Assembly: GCA_038087875.1 (NCBI GenBank)
Contig: JAXLNO010006027.1
Coordinates: 62,001-126,000 of the forward strand
From: Malacoraja senta
Lineage: Eukaryota
Reading direction: 5' to 3'
DNA length: 64,000 bases
The translations under genes were made by a program, and so were the position numbers. Shown here piece by piece: positions 40,012 through 52,275 of this stretch. Below the pieces are notes generated by a model. It was not told where the DNA came from and did not search any database. It saw only the letters and a list, made by a program, of their open reading frames with translations. Each line of letters begins with the position of its first letter. Positions within the stretch are counted from its first letter, which is position 1.

Positions 40012-40169
40012 NNNNNNNNNNNNNNNNNNNNNNNNNNNNNNNNNNNNNNNNNNNNNNNNNNNNNNNNNNNNNNNNNNNNNNNNNNNNNNNNNNNNNNNNN
40101 NNNNNNNNNNNNNNNNNNNNNNNNNNNNNNNNNNNNNNNNNNNNNNNNNNNNNNNNNNNNNNNNNNNNN
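40012..40169. other. Assembly gap
   Basis: Run of N. Confidence 1.
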
Positions 40170-40910
40170 CTCTTTGGCCCAACTTGCCCATGCCAACCAA
40201 TATGCCCAATCCACACGTCCCACCTGGCTGCATTTGGCCCATATCCATCCATGTCTTTCCTATCCAAACACATGTCCAAATGTCTTTTAAATGCTGTTAT
40301 AGCACCAACCTCAACAACCTCCACTGGCAGCTCACTCCATATACCCTCCACATTCTGTGTGAAAAGGTTCACCCTCATGTTCCTACTAAATCTTTCCAAA
40401 CTCACCTTGAACATAGTTACTCTGGTTCTTGATTCCCCTACTCTGGGTAAAACACTCATGTACATCCACCCAATCTATTCCCTCCATGATCTTATACACC
40501 TCTATAACATCATCCCTCATTCGCTTGCACTCAAAGTAAGAAAGACCTAGCCTGCCCAACCTCTCCCAATAGCTCAAGTTCTGGCAACATCCTTGTAAAT
40601 TTTCCCTGCATTCTTTCCAGTTTAACAAAATCCTTCCTACAGCAGGGTGACTATAACGAACCACAATACTCCTTGCAGAAGTCCGTATAAACAACTTCGA
40701 TGGCTTTGCCCTCATCAGCCTTTTTGGTTACTTCAAAACATGCAATCAGATTCATAAGACAAGTTCTCTCACGTACTAAACCATTCCAACTATTCCTAAT
40801 CCCCCTATTTATCCAAATGCATATATATCTTTTCCCTCAGAACCCTCTCCAGTAATTTGCCTACCTCAGATGTTAGGCACACTGGTCTATAGTTCCTAGG
40901 CTTTTCCTTG
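40170..40910 (-). mobile_element. CR1 fragment
   Basis: FTQNVEGIWSELP and LSYWERLGRLGL in the ORF track. Confidence 0.8.
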
Positions 40911-41659
40911 TTGTTCTGATGAAAACAGTAAAAATAAGTTATATGAAATTTCCAAATTTGATAACTCCCAAAGGAAGAATGTGCCCAGGTGAAATAGGAT
41001 ATGCTGTTCTTCTAGCTTCATTGATACTGGGCAAGGTAGAATTCACAGATACTGTAAATAGGTCATAGTTGATCATAAGTGTGCTGATGAGGAGATAATA
41101 GTGAAGGGATTATGGAATCATTAAATCTTTTATTTTTTGGTAATTTATTCCACAAGATCTATGTGTTTATCAAACATGATGTTTTCAATATTTTGCATTA
41201 TGAAGTCAAAGGCGACTTATACCATTTCAGTCAATTTAACATTGTTAAGACAGTATTGCTATGTTGTCAGATGGATTTAGTATGTGCTGCCAGAACATAA
41301 TTCAAATCTTCATTTCAGGCAAAGAAATGTTCCAGAAATTGTGGGCAAATATTATACTGTATCCAGATGTGGACTTCAGTTCCAAGATTCAAAGAAATTA
41401 AAAAATAAGTCTCAATAAACTCAAAAGTAGTTGCATAGGGTTGAGTTAACATAATTTAAAGTGTTCTGCCTTGAAGTACCACCATCATAGTGCATTTGTT
41501 TCAAGCACTTCTGAAATATTATTTGTTATTTTCGCTCAGATGATGCAAACTTTGAACAATGTTCTGCTTTTATTTTGAAAAACATTTGCTCGGTTTAGAG
41601 TTAAGTTTATTAATATGACTGAGGTACAGTGAAAAGCTTTTGCTTGTGTGCTGTCAAAT

Positions 41660-42075
41660 ACTTGGCTTATACTCGCTAGAATTTAGGAGATTGAGAGGGG
41701 ATCTTATGGGGTTGGACAGGCTAGATGCAGGAAGATTGTTCCCGATGTTGGGGAAGTCCAGGACAAGGGGTCACAGCTTAAGGATAAGGGGGAAATCCTT
41801 TAAGACCGAGATGAGGAAAAACTTTTTCACACAGAGAGTGGTGAATCTCTGGAACTCTCTGCCACAGAGGGTAGTTGAGGCCAGTTCATTGGCTATATTT
41901 AAGAGGGAATTAGATGTGGCCCTTGTGGCTAAAGGGGTCAGGGGGTATGGAGAGAAGGCAGGTACGGGATACTGAGTTGGATGATCAGCCATGATCGTAT
42001 TGAATGGCGGTGCAGGCTCGACGGGCCAAATGGCCTACTCCTGCACCTATTTTCTATGTATCTATGTATCTATGT
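41660..42075 (+). mobile_element. Relatively young CR1 3' fragment inserted in a Rex-like tail
   Basis: LGLYSLEFRRLRGDL...FFTQRVVNLWNSLP; nearly identical to 52025-52275. Confidence 0.85.
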
Positions 42076-43510
42076 AAATCGAATCAGATAATAATGCACA
42101 TGAATATAATCAAGCTAAACTCAAGTACAAAATGTAGAGAGAAGAGAAAGATACAGAGTGCACAATATTGTGCAAGGGAAATGCAGTACATAGCCTGTGG
42201 GAAATACAGGTACTGTAGATGCCCTTAGAGTGCAATATCACAATTCTTTATGCATTAAGAGAGCATCACAATGGTATTTATTATAAAACACCATCAAAGC
42301 CTGTAGCTTTGGGCGATTTATTTTGTCTAGGGGGTTTGGGTGCATTTCAGTGTTAACATAGAATGGGTTACCCAGGACCAGGCTCAGAAGGGTAATACCT
42401 TCTCATTCTTTTGTCTTCCCCCACAGCAAAGTCTCAAAGCAGATGAACCTTATGGCACATGAAACATGTGCCAAACAACTCTACTTTATGGTTTGGTCCT
42501 TCAAGGCATTAAACAGAAAGGATTCCGATATACCATATGTAGAATCCAGGACCATGCTGTGAAGCAGAGTTTTGGAAAATAATGACAATCAACTGAAGTA
42601 AGTGAGAGTTCATCGCCCACCCTGGCATGTCACCATGCACCCTGGAGATGTAGCTGCACATCTATCCTCATTCTTATTAGTATAATACAATATTTAATAA
42701 CCATATGATGGTCTATAAAATAATTATCCATATCTTGGTGATTCATCTTTTCTGGTTGCGAAGCTTTCAGCAAGAATCATGTCATAATGAAAATATAGGG
42801 AAGATTTATCACAGCAGTGTATTTAGCTGTTGGAGCGCAAGCTTTTACTTACTCTGAATATTACAGAATTGTATATTCCATACAGCAGTTTACCCACTGG
42901 GGCTCCTTACTGGAAATGGATACAAGTACCACCCTCATTTCCCTCTCCATTAAAATGAGTGAATACTAAATAGTGGGGAATATTCACTCCAGTTTTCAAC
43001 ATTTTCTCTAAGCAAGTAAACATTTACACAGGCAGGGTTAATATATATATAATATTTATGCAGGAAATGCCTCATTTGCAAAAATATCAATCTTAGACAC
43101 TTTCTAAGACAAATTTCATGGTACATTAATTGAAAGGAGAAGCATATTGTCAAATAGAACTCTGCAAATATGTTGCCACTTTGACTGCAGAGTTCTATTT
43201 GACAATATCCTTGTTGAGTTTAGTTTATTGAGTTTAACAAACGTGTCAGTAGTGGGATTCAGTCTCACACCTCCAGTGGATACTGCGAGCTGAACGCAGT
43301 GCCTCACTGCTCAGCCATCCTGGTGTATGCTGTGCCATCCTTACAATGTTATGATTGCATTCCATTACTATACTAATATAATATATTTTGTCTTAGAAAA
43401 TGTATAAGAATGATATTTTAAAGAAACTCTTTGCTTAATTGTAAAAATTAAATTCCCTGAGTCATGGTTCCACTTTAATACCATTTGCAGGGTTTATATG
43501 ATATCAGTTA

Positions 43511-43830
43511 AGGTGGCACAGTGGCACAGTTGATAGCACTGCTGCTCACAGCTCTCGTGACTTGGGTTCAATCCTGACATCTGGTGCTATCTTTGTGGAG
43601 TGTACATGTGCTCCCTGTAATTGTGTGTGTTTCCTCTAGGTGCTCCAGTTTCCTCCCACATCAGTTGACTGCCACAAAAATTTCAGAGGAATCTGGGGGA
43701 AGTTGATGGGAATGTAGGGAGAATTAAATGGGATTATGTGGGATTAGTGTAAATGGATGCTTGATGGTCAATATAAATTCAGGATGCTAAAATGTCTATC
43801 CCCACATTGTATAACTCTATAACTCTATGG
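43511..43830 (+). mobile_element. tRNA-derived SINE
   Basis: A box tggcacagttga, B box gggttcaatcc, core gctccagtttcctcccaca, (taactcta)n tail. Confidence 0.75.
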
Positions 43831-44259
43831 AGTTGTAAATAATTGTCAAAATGCCATGTCATTACTTTTGTGTTGTTATTCAATATTTTCACACAAACCC
43901 TTAATCTCAGCCATTTTTTCAGAAAGAAGCACCTAAATAAGCCAAATATTCTCACAAGAAACAACGGACTTTCAATTTACTGCTGGTCAATAATAATAAT
44001 AATAATAATACTATTAGGTGTCATCAATGTTTATTAAAGAATATTAATGGGGCCCCCAATACCTACAGTGCTGATGTGGATGTAAATGTAAGTGGACCAT
44101 TTGATTTAGGGTGTGAGCATTGGTTTCAGCATTACATGTTTAAAATTGATACACCTCAATTGATATTATAGAGTGAAACAATTTTCCTAAATTATTAATT
44201 GTGCTTAGCAATGCCCAGATTAATCAACATATGTATACAGAGCTGAATACATATACAAT

Positions 44260-44421
44260 GTGAAGAAGGGTCTCAATCCGAAACGCGATCACTCTGAAGA
44301 AGGGCCGCGACCTGAAACGTCACCCATTCCTTTTCTCCCAAGATGCTGCCTGTCCTGCTGAGTTACTCCAGCATTTTGTGTCTACCTGCAATTTAAAGCA
44401 GTGTCTACAGTTCTTTCCTAC
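44260..44421 (+). mobile_element. Penelope-derived short element with tandem hammerhead-like cores
   Basis: gTGAAGA agggtctcaatcc GAAAC gcgatc, then CTGAAGA agggccgcgacct GAAAC GTC; gtatacagagc direct repeat at 44233 and 44422. Confidence 0.65.
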
Positions 44422-44479
44422 GTATACAGAGCGATTAATATTGGTTAAAACATTGGTTAGAGACACAATTTAGTTTTAT

Positions 44480-46420
44480 GTCATAGAATCAAAACATCAT
44501 AAAGCATGGAAACAGCCCCTTTGCCCCAACTTGTTCTGGCTGATCAAGTTGAATAGTTGAGGTAGACTCCTTTGCCTGCGTGTAACTCATATCCCTTTAA
44601 ACCTTTCCTATTCACATACCTTTCTAAATGTCTTTTAAAAGTCATCATTGTACCTACAGCTACAGCTCCGTCTGGCAGCTTGTTCCATATATGCAACACT
44701 CTTTGCATGGACAAATTGTCCCTTGGGTCCCTTTTTAAATATTTTCCCTCTCACCTTTCTCCCGCCTCCCATGTTCCAAGGAAGTCCACGTCTATAATTC
44801 AAACTCTCCAACTCTGGGCCTGGACCAGCTAGGGGTGGGCCAAGGAGTAAATGATGAAATTTAACTGAAAAGTGTGAGGTAGAAACATAGAAACATAGAA
44901 AAATAGGTGCAGGAGTAGGCTATTCGGCCCTTCGAGCCAGCACCACCATTCAATATGATAATGGCTGATAATCCTAAATAAGTACCCCATTCCTGCTTTT
45001 TCCCCATATCATTTGATTCCTTTTGCCCTAAGAGCTAAATCTAACTCTCTCTTGACATTTGCATTTTGGTAAATGAATCTAGGACAGGACTTACAAAGTA
45101 AACGATAGAACCTTGGAGAGTATTATAGAGCAGCGTCACTTAAGGGTGCTGGTACACACTTCCCTGAAAGTAGCAACGCAGGTAGATAGGATAGTGAACA
45201 AGGCATTTGGCCTACTTGCCATCATCCGTAAGGACAGTGAGTACATGATTTTGGAAAGCTGTACAAAATATAGCCACAAGGAATTGGAGATGCCGCTTTA
45301 AAAAAAAAGACACAAAATGTGAACACTGTCCATCATCGGCTCTGACCTCCCTACCATCGAGGGGATCTATCGCAGTCACTGCCTCAAAAAGGCTGCCAGC
45401 ATCAGCAAGGATCTACACCATCCTGGCCACTCACTCATCTCCCCGCTGCCTTCAGGTAGAAGGTACAGGAGCCTGAAATCTGCAACATCCAGGTTCAGGA
45501 ATAGCTCCTTCCCAACAGCCATCAGGCTATTAAACTCAACTAAAAGAAAACTCTGATCATAAATAGACCATTGCACTTTATCTGTTTATTTATGTGTGTA
45601 TATATATATTCATTGGTATATAGTCACACTGATCTGCTCTGTTCTGTTCTGTATTTATTTATGCCTACTATATTCTGTTGTGCTGAAGCAAAGCAAGAAT
45701 GTCATTGTCCTATCTGGGACACATGATCATAAACTCTCTTGAATCTCTTGAATCTTGAATCTTGAATCTTGAAATGCAGGAGTAATTCAGCGGGTCATGC
45801 AGCATCTCTGGAGAACATGGATAGGCAATGTTTTGGTTTGGGCCTCTTCTTCAGGGTGATTGTAGTAGAGGTGATGAAACTTGGAAGAGAGTTGGATTCC
45901 AGGACAGTGCCATCTCTTCCAGCTTTCTCTCTCCCATTACAATCAGTCTGAAGAAGGATCCCAGCCATAAACATTGTCTATGTTTGCCGGGGATTCTGCC
46001 TGACCCATTGAGTTACTCCTGCACTTTGTACTTTATATTTAGCTGTATAAGATGCAACACCACATTTGGAACATTATGTGCAGTTCTGGTCACCCAGAAA
46101 AAGGAAGGATGTCATTAAACTGGAAAGAGTGCAGAGAAGATTTATAAAGATGTTGCCTGGACTCGAGGGCCTGAGCTATAGTGAGAGGTCAGGCTTTATT
46201 CCTTGGAGTGCATGAGACTAAGTGGAGATCTTATAAAGGTTTATAAAATTGTGAGGTGTATTGAAAAGGTAAATGCATAGGGACTTTTACCCAGCATAGT
46301 GGAATCAAGAACCAGACGATAATAGGAATCTGAGGGGCAATATTTTCACTTGGATGGTGGTGGTGTGTATGTGGTAGAAGTTGCCAGAGGAAGTATTTAA
46401 GGCAGGTTCTATGGAACAAC
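44480..46420. mobile_element. Nested cluster: CR1 fragments, palindromic Penelope-derived element (~45275-46035), Rex/Babar tail (45321-45770)
   Basis: Each outer consensus resumes after the inner insert; (aatcttg)n tail at 45740-45770. Confidence 0.7.
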
Positions 46421-46990
46421 AATATTGAAAGCTATATTCTGCACTCTGTATCTTCGCCTTTGCCCAACCTATTCTACTTGAGTTTGACTTGATTGTAGTT
46501 ATGTATGGTAATTTAAAGGAGATGCAGTAACAGAGGAAAGTGGATTAGGGTAATATGAAGGCGTAACTGTGTAAATAGAAGCAAAGAACACAGTAGGAAG
46601 TAGCAAAGTATTATAAATCACCATTTAGGCTTTAGCTAAGGTATTGTGGTCAGTTTAGTTAGGAAGCATATCCCAGGTCTTAGGAAAAAGAGGAGGTGAA
46701 TGATAAAAATGTGGGTATATATTCACTGTAAAGGAACATAGAGTAGCAGGGATTACCGGATTATTTTCCTTGGAGCAGAGAAGTGTAAGGGGTGATTTAA
46801 TCTTGAAGGGCTCCAGTGGGATAAGTAATGAAAAATCATAATCATTGTAGGGGCTTGTTAGCAGTGGACACAGAGCTCAAGTAAATGGCTGGACCACAAG
46901 AGGGTGGTTGTGGATATTTTAACATTTGCCAACTGAATTGTTAAAATAATGATACACTATGTGGAGCAACATCAGCCACTGTATACGTTG

Positions 46991-47217
46991 ACACAAGGAA
47001 CTGCATATGCTGGAATCTTGAGCAAAACACAAAGTGCTGGAGGAACTCAATGGGTCAGACAACATCTGTGGGGGAATGGACAAATTACGTTTTGGGTCAG
47101 GACCCTTTTTCAGTCTGATGATCAGATTGAACAAGGGTGCCAACCTGAAACGTTGACTGTCCATTCCCTCCACAGATACAACCTGATCCACTGAGTTCCT
47201 CCAGCACTTTGTGTTTT
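46991..47217. mobile_element. Palindromic Penelope-derived short element
   Basis: aaaacacaaagtgctggaggaactca (47024-47049) is the exact reverse complement of 47192-47217; centre ctgatgatcag; a decayed hammerhead core in each arm. Confidence 0.75.
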
Positions 47218-47857
47218 AGTCACTATACTGTACATGGCCTTGTTTGACCACCAAAACCTTTGGCTCCATCAATCAGTAGGGAGCGAAGTACACCCTCTTC
47301 ATTTTAACTACATCCTTGCTGACATTACAATACATTTCAGTTTTTTTTATTTTTACCAGCAGTGCTGAATAGTTAAACTGAAGCACTGGGATTCATTTTA
47401 GTTGAGTAGACATATGGACAATAAAATAGACTGTTTCTGTATCAACTGAACTACATTGATCAGTATAATTAGGTATCACAATATTGCTTTCAATTAATTA
47501 CTCATGTACACCTCATATATAATTTCTAATGGAGATAAGATGACTCCAAGACAAAAGTGCTTCATCTCTCTCAGTGAGTGAGAAAAAGTGATCATTACAT
47601 GTGGCCCTCATACACCTCCTAGTGGCCACATAAGGTTGGCTCTTGTAGAAGTTACAACGAAAGAAGCTCACACAGCAAACATCTCAGTAATTTATCCATT
47701 GAGTAGTTGCGCAAATATTTGGGTGTCGAACTCAGGTGTGACACCTACACTCAATGCTTAAACAAAGCAAATAGCCACTTACACAAAGTAACATGGGCGA
47801 TTTGTTCCCCTAGAACTCAACCAAAACAAATCCTTGTGTATTCTATTTGCCTCATTG

Positions 47858-48555
47858 CATAGAAACATAGAAGATAGGTGCAGGAGTAGGCCATTCGGCC
47901 CATTCGAGCCAGCACCGCCATTCAATATGATCATGGTTGATCATCCAAAATCAGTACCCCGTTCCTGCTTTTTCCCCATATCCCTTGATTCCGTTAGCCC
48001 TAAGAGCAAAATCTAACTCTCTCTTGAAAACATCCAGTGAATTGGCCACTGCCTTCAGGGAGAAAGTGAAGGCTTTGGAGAGGGTGCAGAAGAGGTTTAC
48101 CACTATGCTGCCTGTATTAGTGGGTATTAGCTACAGGGAGAGGTTCGACAGACTTGGATTGTTTCCTCTAAAGGGCTAGAGGTTGCAGGGAGACATGAAA
48201 GAAGTAACCTAAAAGACCTGAGAGCCATAGATAAGTAGACAGTCAGAACCTTTTTCTGAGAAAATTTTAAAGAGTAGAAGGGATGGGGGAAAGATGAGAG
48301 GGGCAAAACTTGAAGGAGATGATTGGTGCAAGTTTTTTGGAGGATGGTGGGTGCCAAGATCATGCTGCTTGGGGTAGTGGTGGATGCAGATACAACAGTG
48401 ATATTTAAGAGGTTCTTAGATAGGAACATCAATATGCAGTGAATGAAGGGATATGGATCATGCGTAGGTAGATGACATTAGTTTATCTTGGCATCATGTT
48501 CAGCACTGTGGGCTGAAGGGCCTGTTCCTGTGCTGTATTATTCTATGTTCTATAT
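47858..48555. mobile_element. CR1 tail (minus, 47858-48050) and CR1 3' fragment (plus, 48060-48555)
   Basis: ALERVQKRFTTMLP; standard tails. Confidence 0.75.
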
Positions 48556-48994
48556 TTTGTTAGTCAGGAAGAGGTTGTTGGGACGGTGGCAGTGGTGGTG
48601 AGGGGAGTGGGGTGAGATGTTAAATTAAAGATATTAAAAAATCAAGCAATATCACAGTGTTTCCACAGCTTTTTGTACGAGGAATATTCACCCAACTAAT
48701 AAATAAAATGTTATCTTTAGTTCCAGAACCATGAAATTCTTCACCTATGTTGTAAACTTTGAATATTTATTGAGGAAAACCCTTGTCATCCATGGAAAAA
48801 GAAATAAAATGTTGATAATCTGTAAGTATCTATTATAATTGTCACATAGAATCAATAAAAGCAAATTGTTCATCGGTGAGAATCTTAAATCTAATTGGAA
48901 CCTCATTAGATCCATTGATGTAGGTATTATATAGTCATCTTCATAATATATATTGAATTCACAATGTACCTTAATCATCATGATCATTCATCTT

Positions 48995-49515
48995 TTACAG
49001 ATGCGCCGTAGAAAGCATTTTATCAGCATGGTTTGGGAACAGCTCAATCCAAGACCGCAAGAAATTGTAGAGATTATAGACGCAATCCATCCTCCCTTCC
49101 ATTGACTCAATTTACACTTCACGCTGCCTCGGCAAGGCCACCAGCATAATCAAGTCTCACCCCGGTCACTCCCTCTTCTCCCCTCTCTCACCAGGCAACA
49201 GGTACAAAAGTGTGAAAACGCACACCTCCAGATTCAGACAGAGTTTCTTCCCAGCTGTTATCAGGCAACTGAACCATCCTATCAACAACTACAGAGCAGT
49301 CCTGAACTACTATCTACCTCATTGGAGATACTCGGACTATCTTTCATTGGATTTCACTGGACTTTATCTTGCACTAAACTCTTTTCCCTTTATCATATAT
49401 CTGTACACCATGGATGGTTAGAGTGTAATCGTATAGACTTTACGCTGACTGGTTAGCATGCACCAAAGGCTTTTCACTGTACCTCGGCACATGTAACAAT
49501 AAACTAAACTGAACT
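48995..49515 (+). mobile_element. Rex/Babar-like LINE 3' fragment
   Basis: KTHTSRFRQSFFPAVIRQLN; tail acaataaactaaactgaac. Confidence 0.7.
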
Positions 49516-49693
49516 TGACAACTAAGGGCAACCTGATCTCTACAATCCCATCGTCATGGTATCCTTTCATCCTTGTTAATCAAATATCTATTTATCTCTC
49601 TGCTAAAAATATTCAGACTCAGTTTTCATCGCTCTGTTTTTTAAAATAAATTTGAGATATATTAAATGTATAAGGTAATTAAATTTTACTTCA

Positions 49694-49860
49694 GAGCGAA
49701 GGAAATAGGCAACGTTTCGGGCCGAAACCTTTCTTCAGACCGAAACTTCGGCCCAAAACATTGCCTATTTCCTTCGCTCCGTAGATGCTGCCTCACCCGC
49801 TGAGTTTCTCCAGCATTTTTGGCTACCTTCGATTTTCCAGCATCTGCAGTTCCTTCTTAA
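49694..49860. mobile_element. Palindromic Penelope-derived short element with hammerhead-like core
   Basis: Arms gagcgaaggaaataggcaa / ttgcctatttccttcgctc; minus 49709-49740 CTGAAGA aaggtttcggccc GAAAC GTT. Confidence 0.7.
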
Positions 49861-50189
49861 ATAAATTTTACTTCATCCTAGATCCCTTGTTTTTGTTTTT
49901 AAATCACAGTCATTGTGTTCAAGCTTCCATTAAATTTCATGACCAAATCCATCCTGATTATCTGTTCGACAGTGTAAGATGTTTTATCTCCATGGTGCTA
50001 TATTTGCTCAGATCAGTACCCGACATCCCGTGCATCCTATTGTTGTGCCACAGTGGGGCACCAATGAGACACATGACAGTCTCAGAATTCTGTTCATTTG
50101 TTATTGGTGTTTACATGAACACTACTGCTGTTCTTTAATACAGTCATCCATCATTACTGTTGTGCTAACCAGCTTCTTAAAGTAAGTGT

Positions 50190-51235
50190 CAGAAGTGTCA
50201 GGTCAAATAAGGTTGTAGTAGGGGATTTTAACTTTCCCAATATAGATTGGGTAAATCATAGTGTGAAGGGTTTAAATGGGGTGCAATTCCTCAAAAATGT
50301 TCAGGAGATTTTACTTCAGCAGTATGTAGAGGCCCCCACATGTGAGAGGGCAACGCTGGATCTAGTATAGGGAAATTGGGAAAGGCAAGCTAATGAAGTG
50401 TTTGTGGAGGAGCCTTTTGGGACCAGTGACCACAGTTTGATTATGTTTAAGATAGTTATGGATAGGGACGGAGATGCTCCACATGTTAAAATGCTCAACT
50501 GGGGTAAGGCTAACTTTGAGGGTATGAGAGAAGGTCTCGTTCAAGTTGACTGGAGCCGGTTCTTTGAGGGGAAAGGACATAGGCCAAGTGGGATGTTTTT
50601 AAAAGTGGGCTCAGGATATGTACATCCCTGTTAGTGAAGGGCAAAGCAGGCAAATGTAAGGAAGCTTGGCTGACGAGGGAAATTGAGGCATTGGTCAAAC
50701 ACAAGATGATGTATGGGACAGGTACAGGCAGATGGGATCAAGTGTATCCGTGGAACAGTTTCAGGAGCTAAGCAGTAAACTGAAAATGGAGATCAGTAGA
50801 GCAAATAGGGACCAGGAGATAACTCTGGTCGGTAGCATTAAGGGCAATCCCAAAAGATTTTATAAATACATAAGGGGGAAAGGGGTAACTAGAGAGAAAG
50901 TGGGATCTCTCAGGAATCAAAGCGGTCACCTCTGTGTGGAGTCACAGAAGATGGGCAATGTCCTCAATGAATATTTCTCCTCTGTATAGAAAAGAAAGAT
51001 AGTAGGACGGAGGAACTTGGGGCAGTCAATGGAAGTGTCTTGGGAGCAGTCAGTGTTACCGTCGAAGAAGTACTGAAGGTAATGTCGTGTATGAAGATAG
51101 ACAAATATCCAGGGCCTGATCAGATATATCCGAGGACATTGCGGGAAACTAGAGAAGAAATTGCGGGAGCCCTGGTTGAAATTTAAGAATCGTCCTTAAA
51201 TACAGGAGAGGTGGTGGAAGACTGGAGGGTGGCGA
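50190..51235 (+). mobile_element. CR1 ORF2 fragment (endonuclease end to RT start)
   Basis: VVVGDFNFPNIDW, LDLV, SDH, NPKRFYKYI, PGPDQIYP motifs. Confidence 0.85.
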
Positions 51236-52024
51236 GCCCAGTCTTTCCTATCTTTCCTCATATGACAGTCCCGCCATCCCGGTTATTAACCTCGTGAACC
51301 TAGGCTGCACTGCCTCAATAGCAAGGATGATCTTCCTCAAATAAGGAGACCAAAACTGCACACAATACTCCAGATGTGGTCTCACCGGTGCCCTGTACAA
51401 CTGCAGAAGGACCTCTTTACTCCTATACTCAAATCCTCTCATTATGAAGGCCAACATGCCATTAGCTTTCTTCACTGCCTGCTGTACCTGCATGTTTACT
51501 TTCAGTGACTGGTGTACATTGCCACCCAGCTTTGTGTCATCTGCAAATTTGTTAGTGTTACTTTTAATCCCATCATCTAAATCATTAATATACATTGTAA
51601 ATAGTTGCGGCCTCAGCACCGAACCTCGTGGCACTCCACTCCACACTACCTGCCATTCTTACAGGGACCTGTTTATTCCTACTCTTGGTTTGCTGTCCGC
51701 CAACCAATTCTCTATCCATGTCAATACCCTTCCCCCAATACCATGTGCTCTAATTTTGCCCACAAATCTCCTTTGTGGGACCTTATCAAAGGCTTTCTGA
51801 AAGTCCAGATACACTACATCCACTGGCTCTCCATCCATTTTACTTGTCACATCCTCAAAAAATTCCAGAAGATTAGTCAAGCAGGATTTCCCCTTCATAA
51901 ATCCATGCTGAATTGGACCAATCCTTATACTTGCTATCCAAATGCGCCGTTATTACTTCTTTAATAATTGACTCCAGCATCTTCCCCACCACCGATGTCA
52001 GGCTAACTGGTCTATAATTCCCCG

Positions 52025-52275
52025 TTTTTCACACAGAGAGTGGTGAATCTCTGGAACTCTCTGCCACAGAAGGTAGTTGAGGCCAGTTCATTGGCTATAT
52101 TTAAGAGGGAGTTAGATGTGGCCCTTGTGGCTAAAGGGATCAGGGGGTATGGAGAGAAGGCAGGTACAGGATACTGAGTTGGATGATCAGCCATGATCAT
52201 ATTGAATGGCGGTGCAGGCTCGAAGGGCCGAATGGCCTACTCCTGCACCTATTTTCTATGTTTCTATATTTCTAT
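52025..52275 (+). mobile_element. CR1 3' tail inserted in the larger CR1
   Basis: Near-identical to 41823-42075; interrupts host at cccgtttt|ctctctc. Confidence 0.8.

Larger units (their letters stand above)
39762..41021 (-). mobile_element. Penelope-like element remnant (GIY-YIG C-terminus plus 3' tail), interrupted by CR1 and gap
   Basis: Minus 41021-40960 encodes MKLEEQHILFHLGT then frameshifted LPLGV; decayed hammerhead-like tga aggatcttcaatct gaaac att at 39841-39875. Confidence 0.6.
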
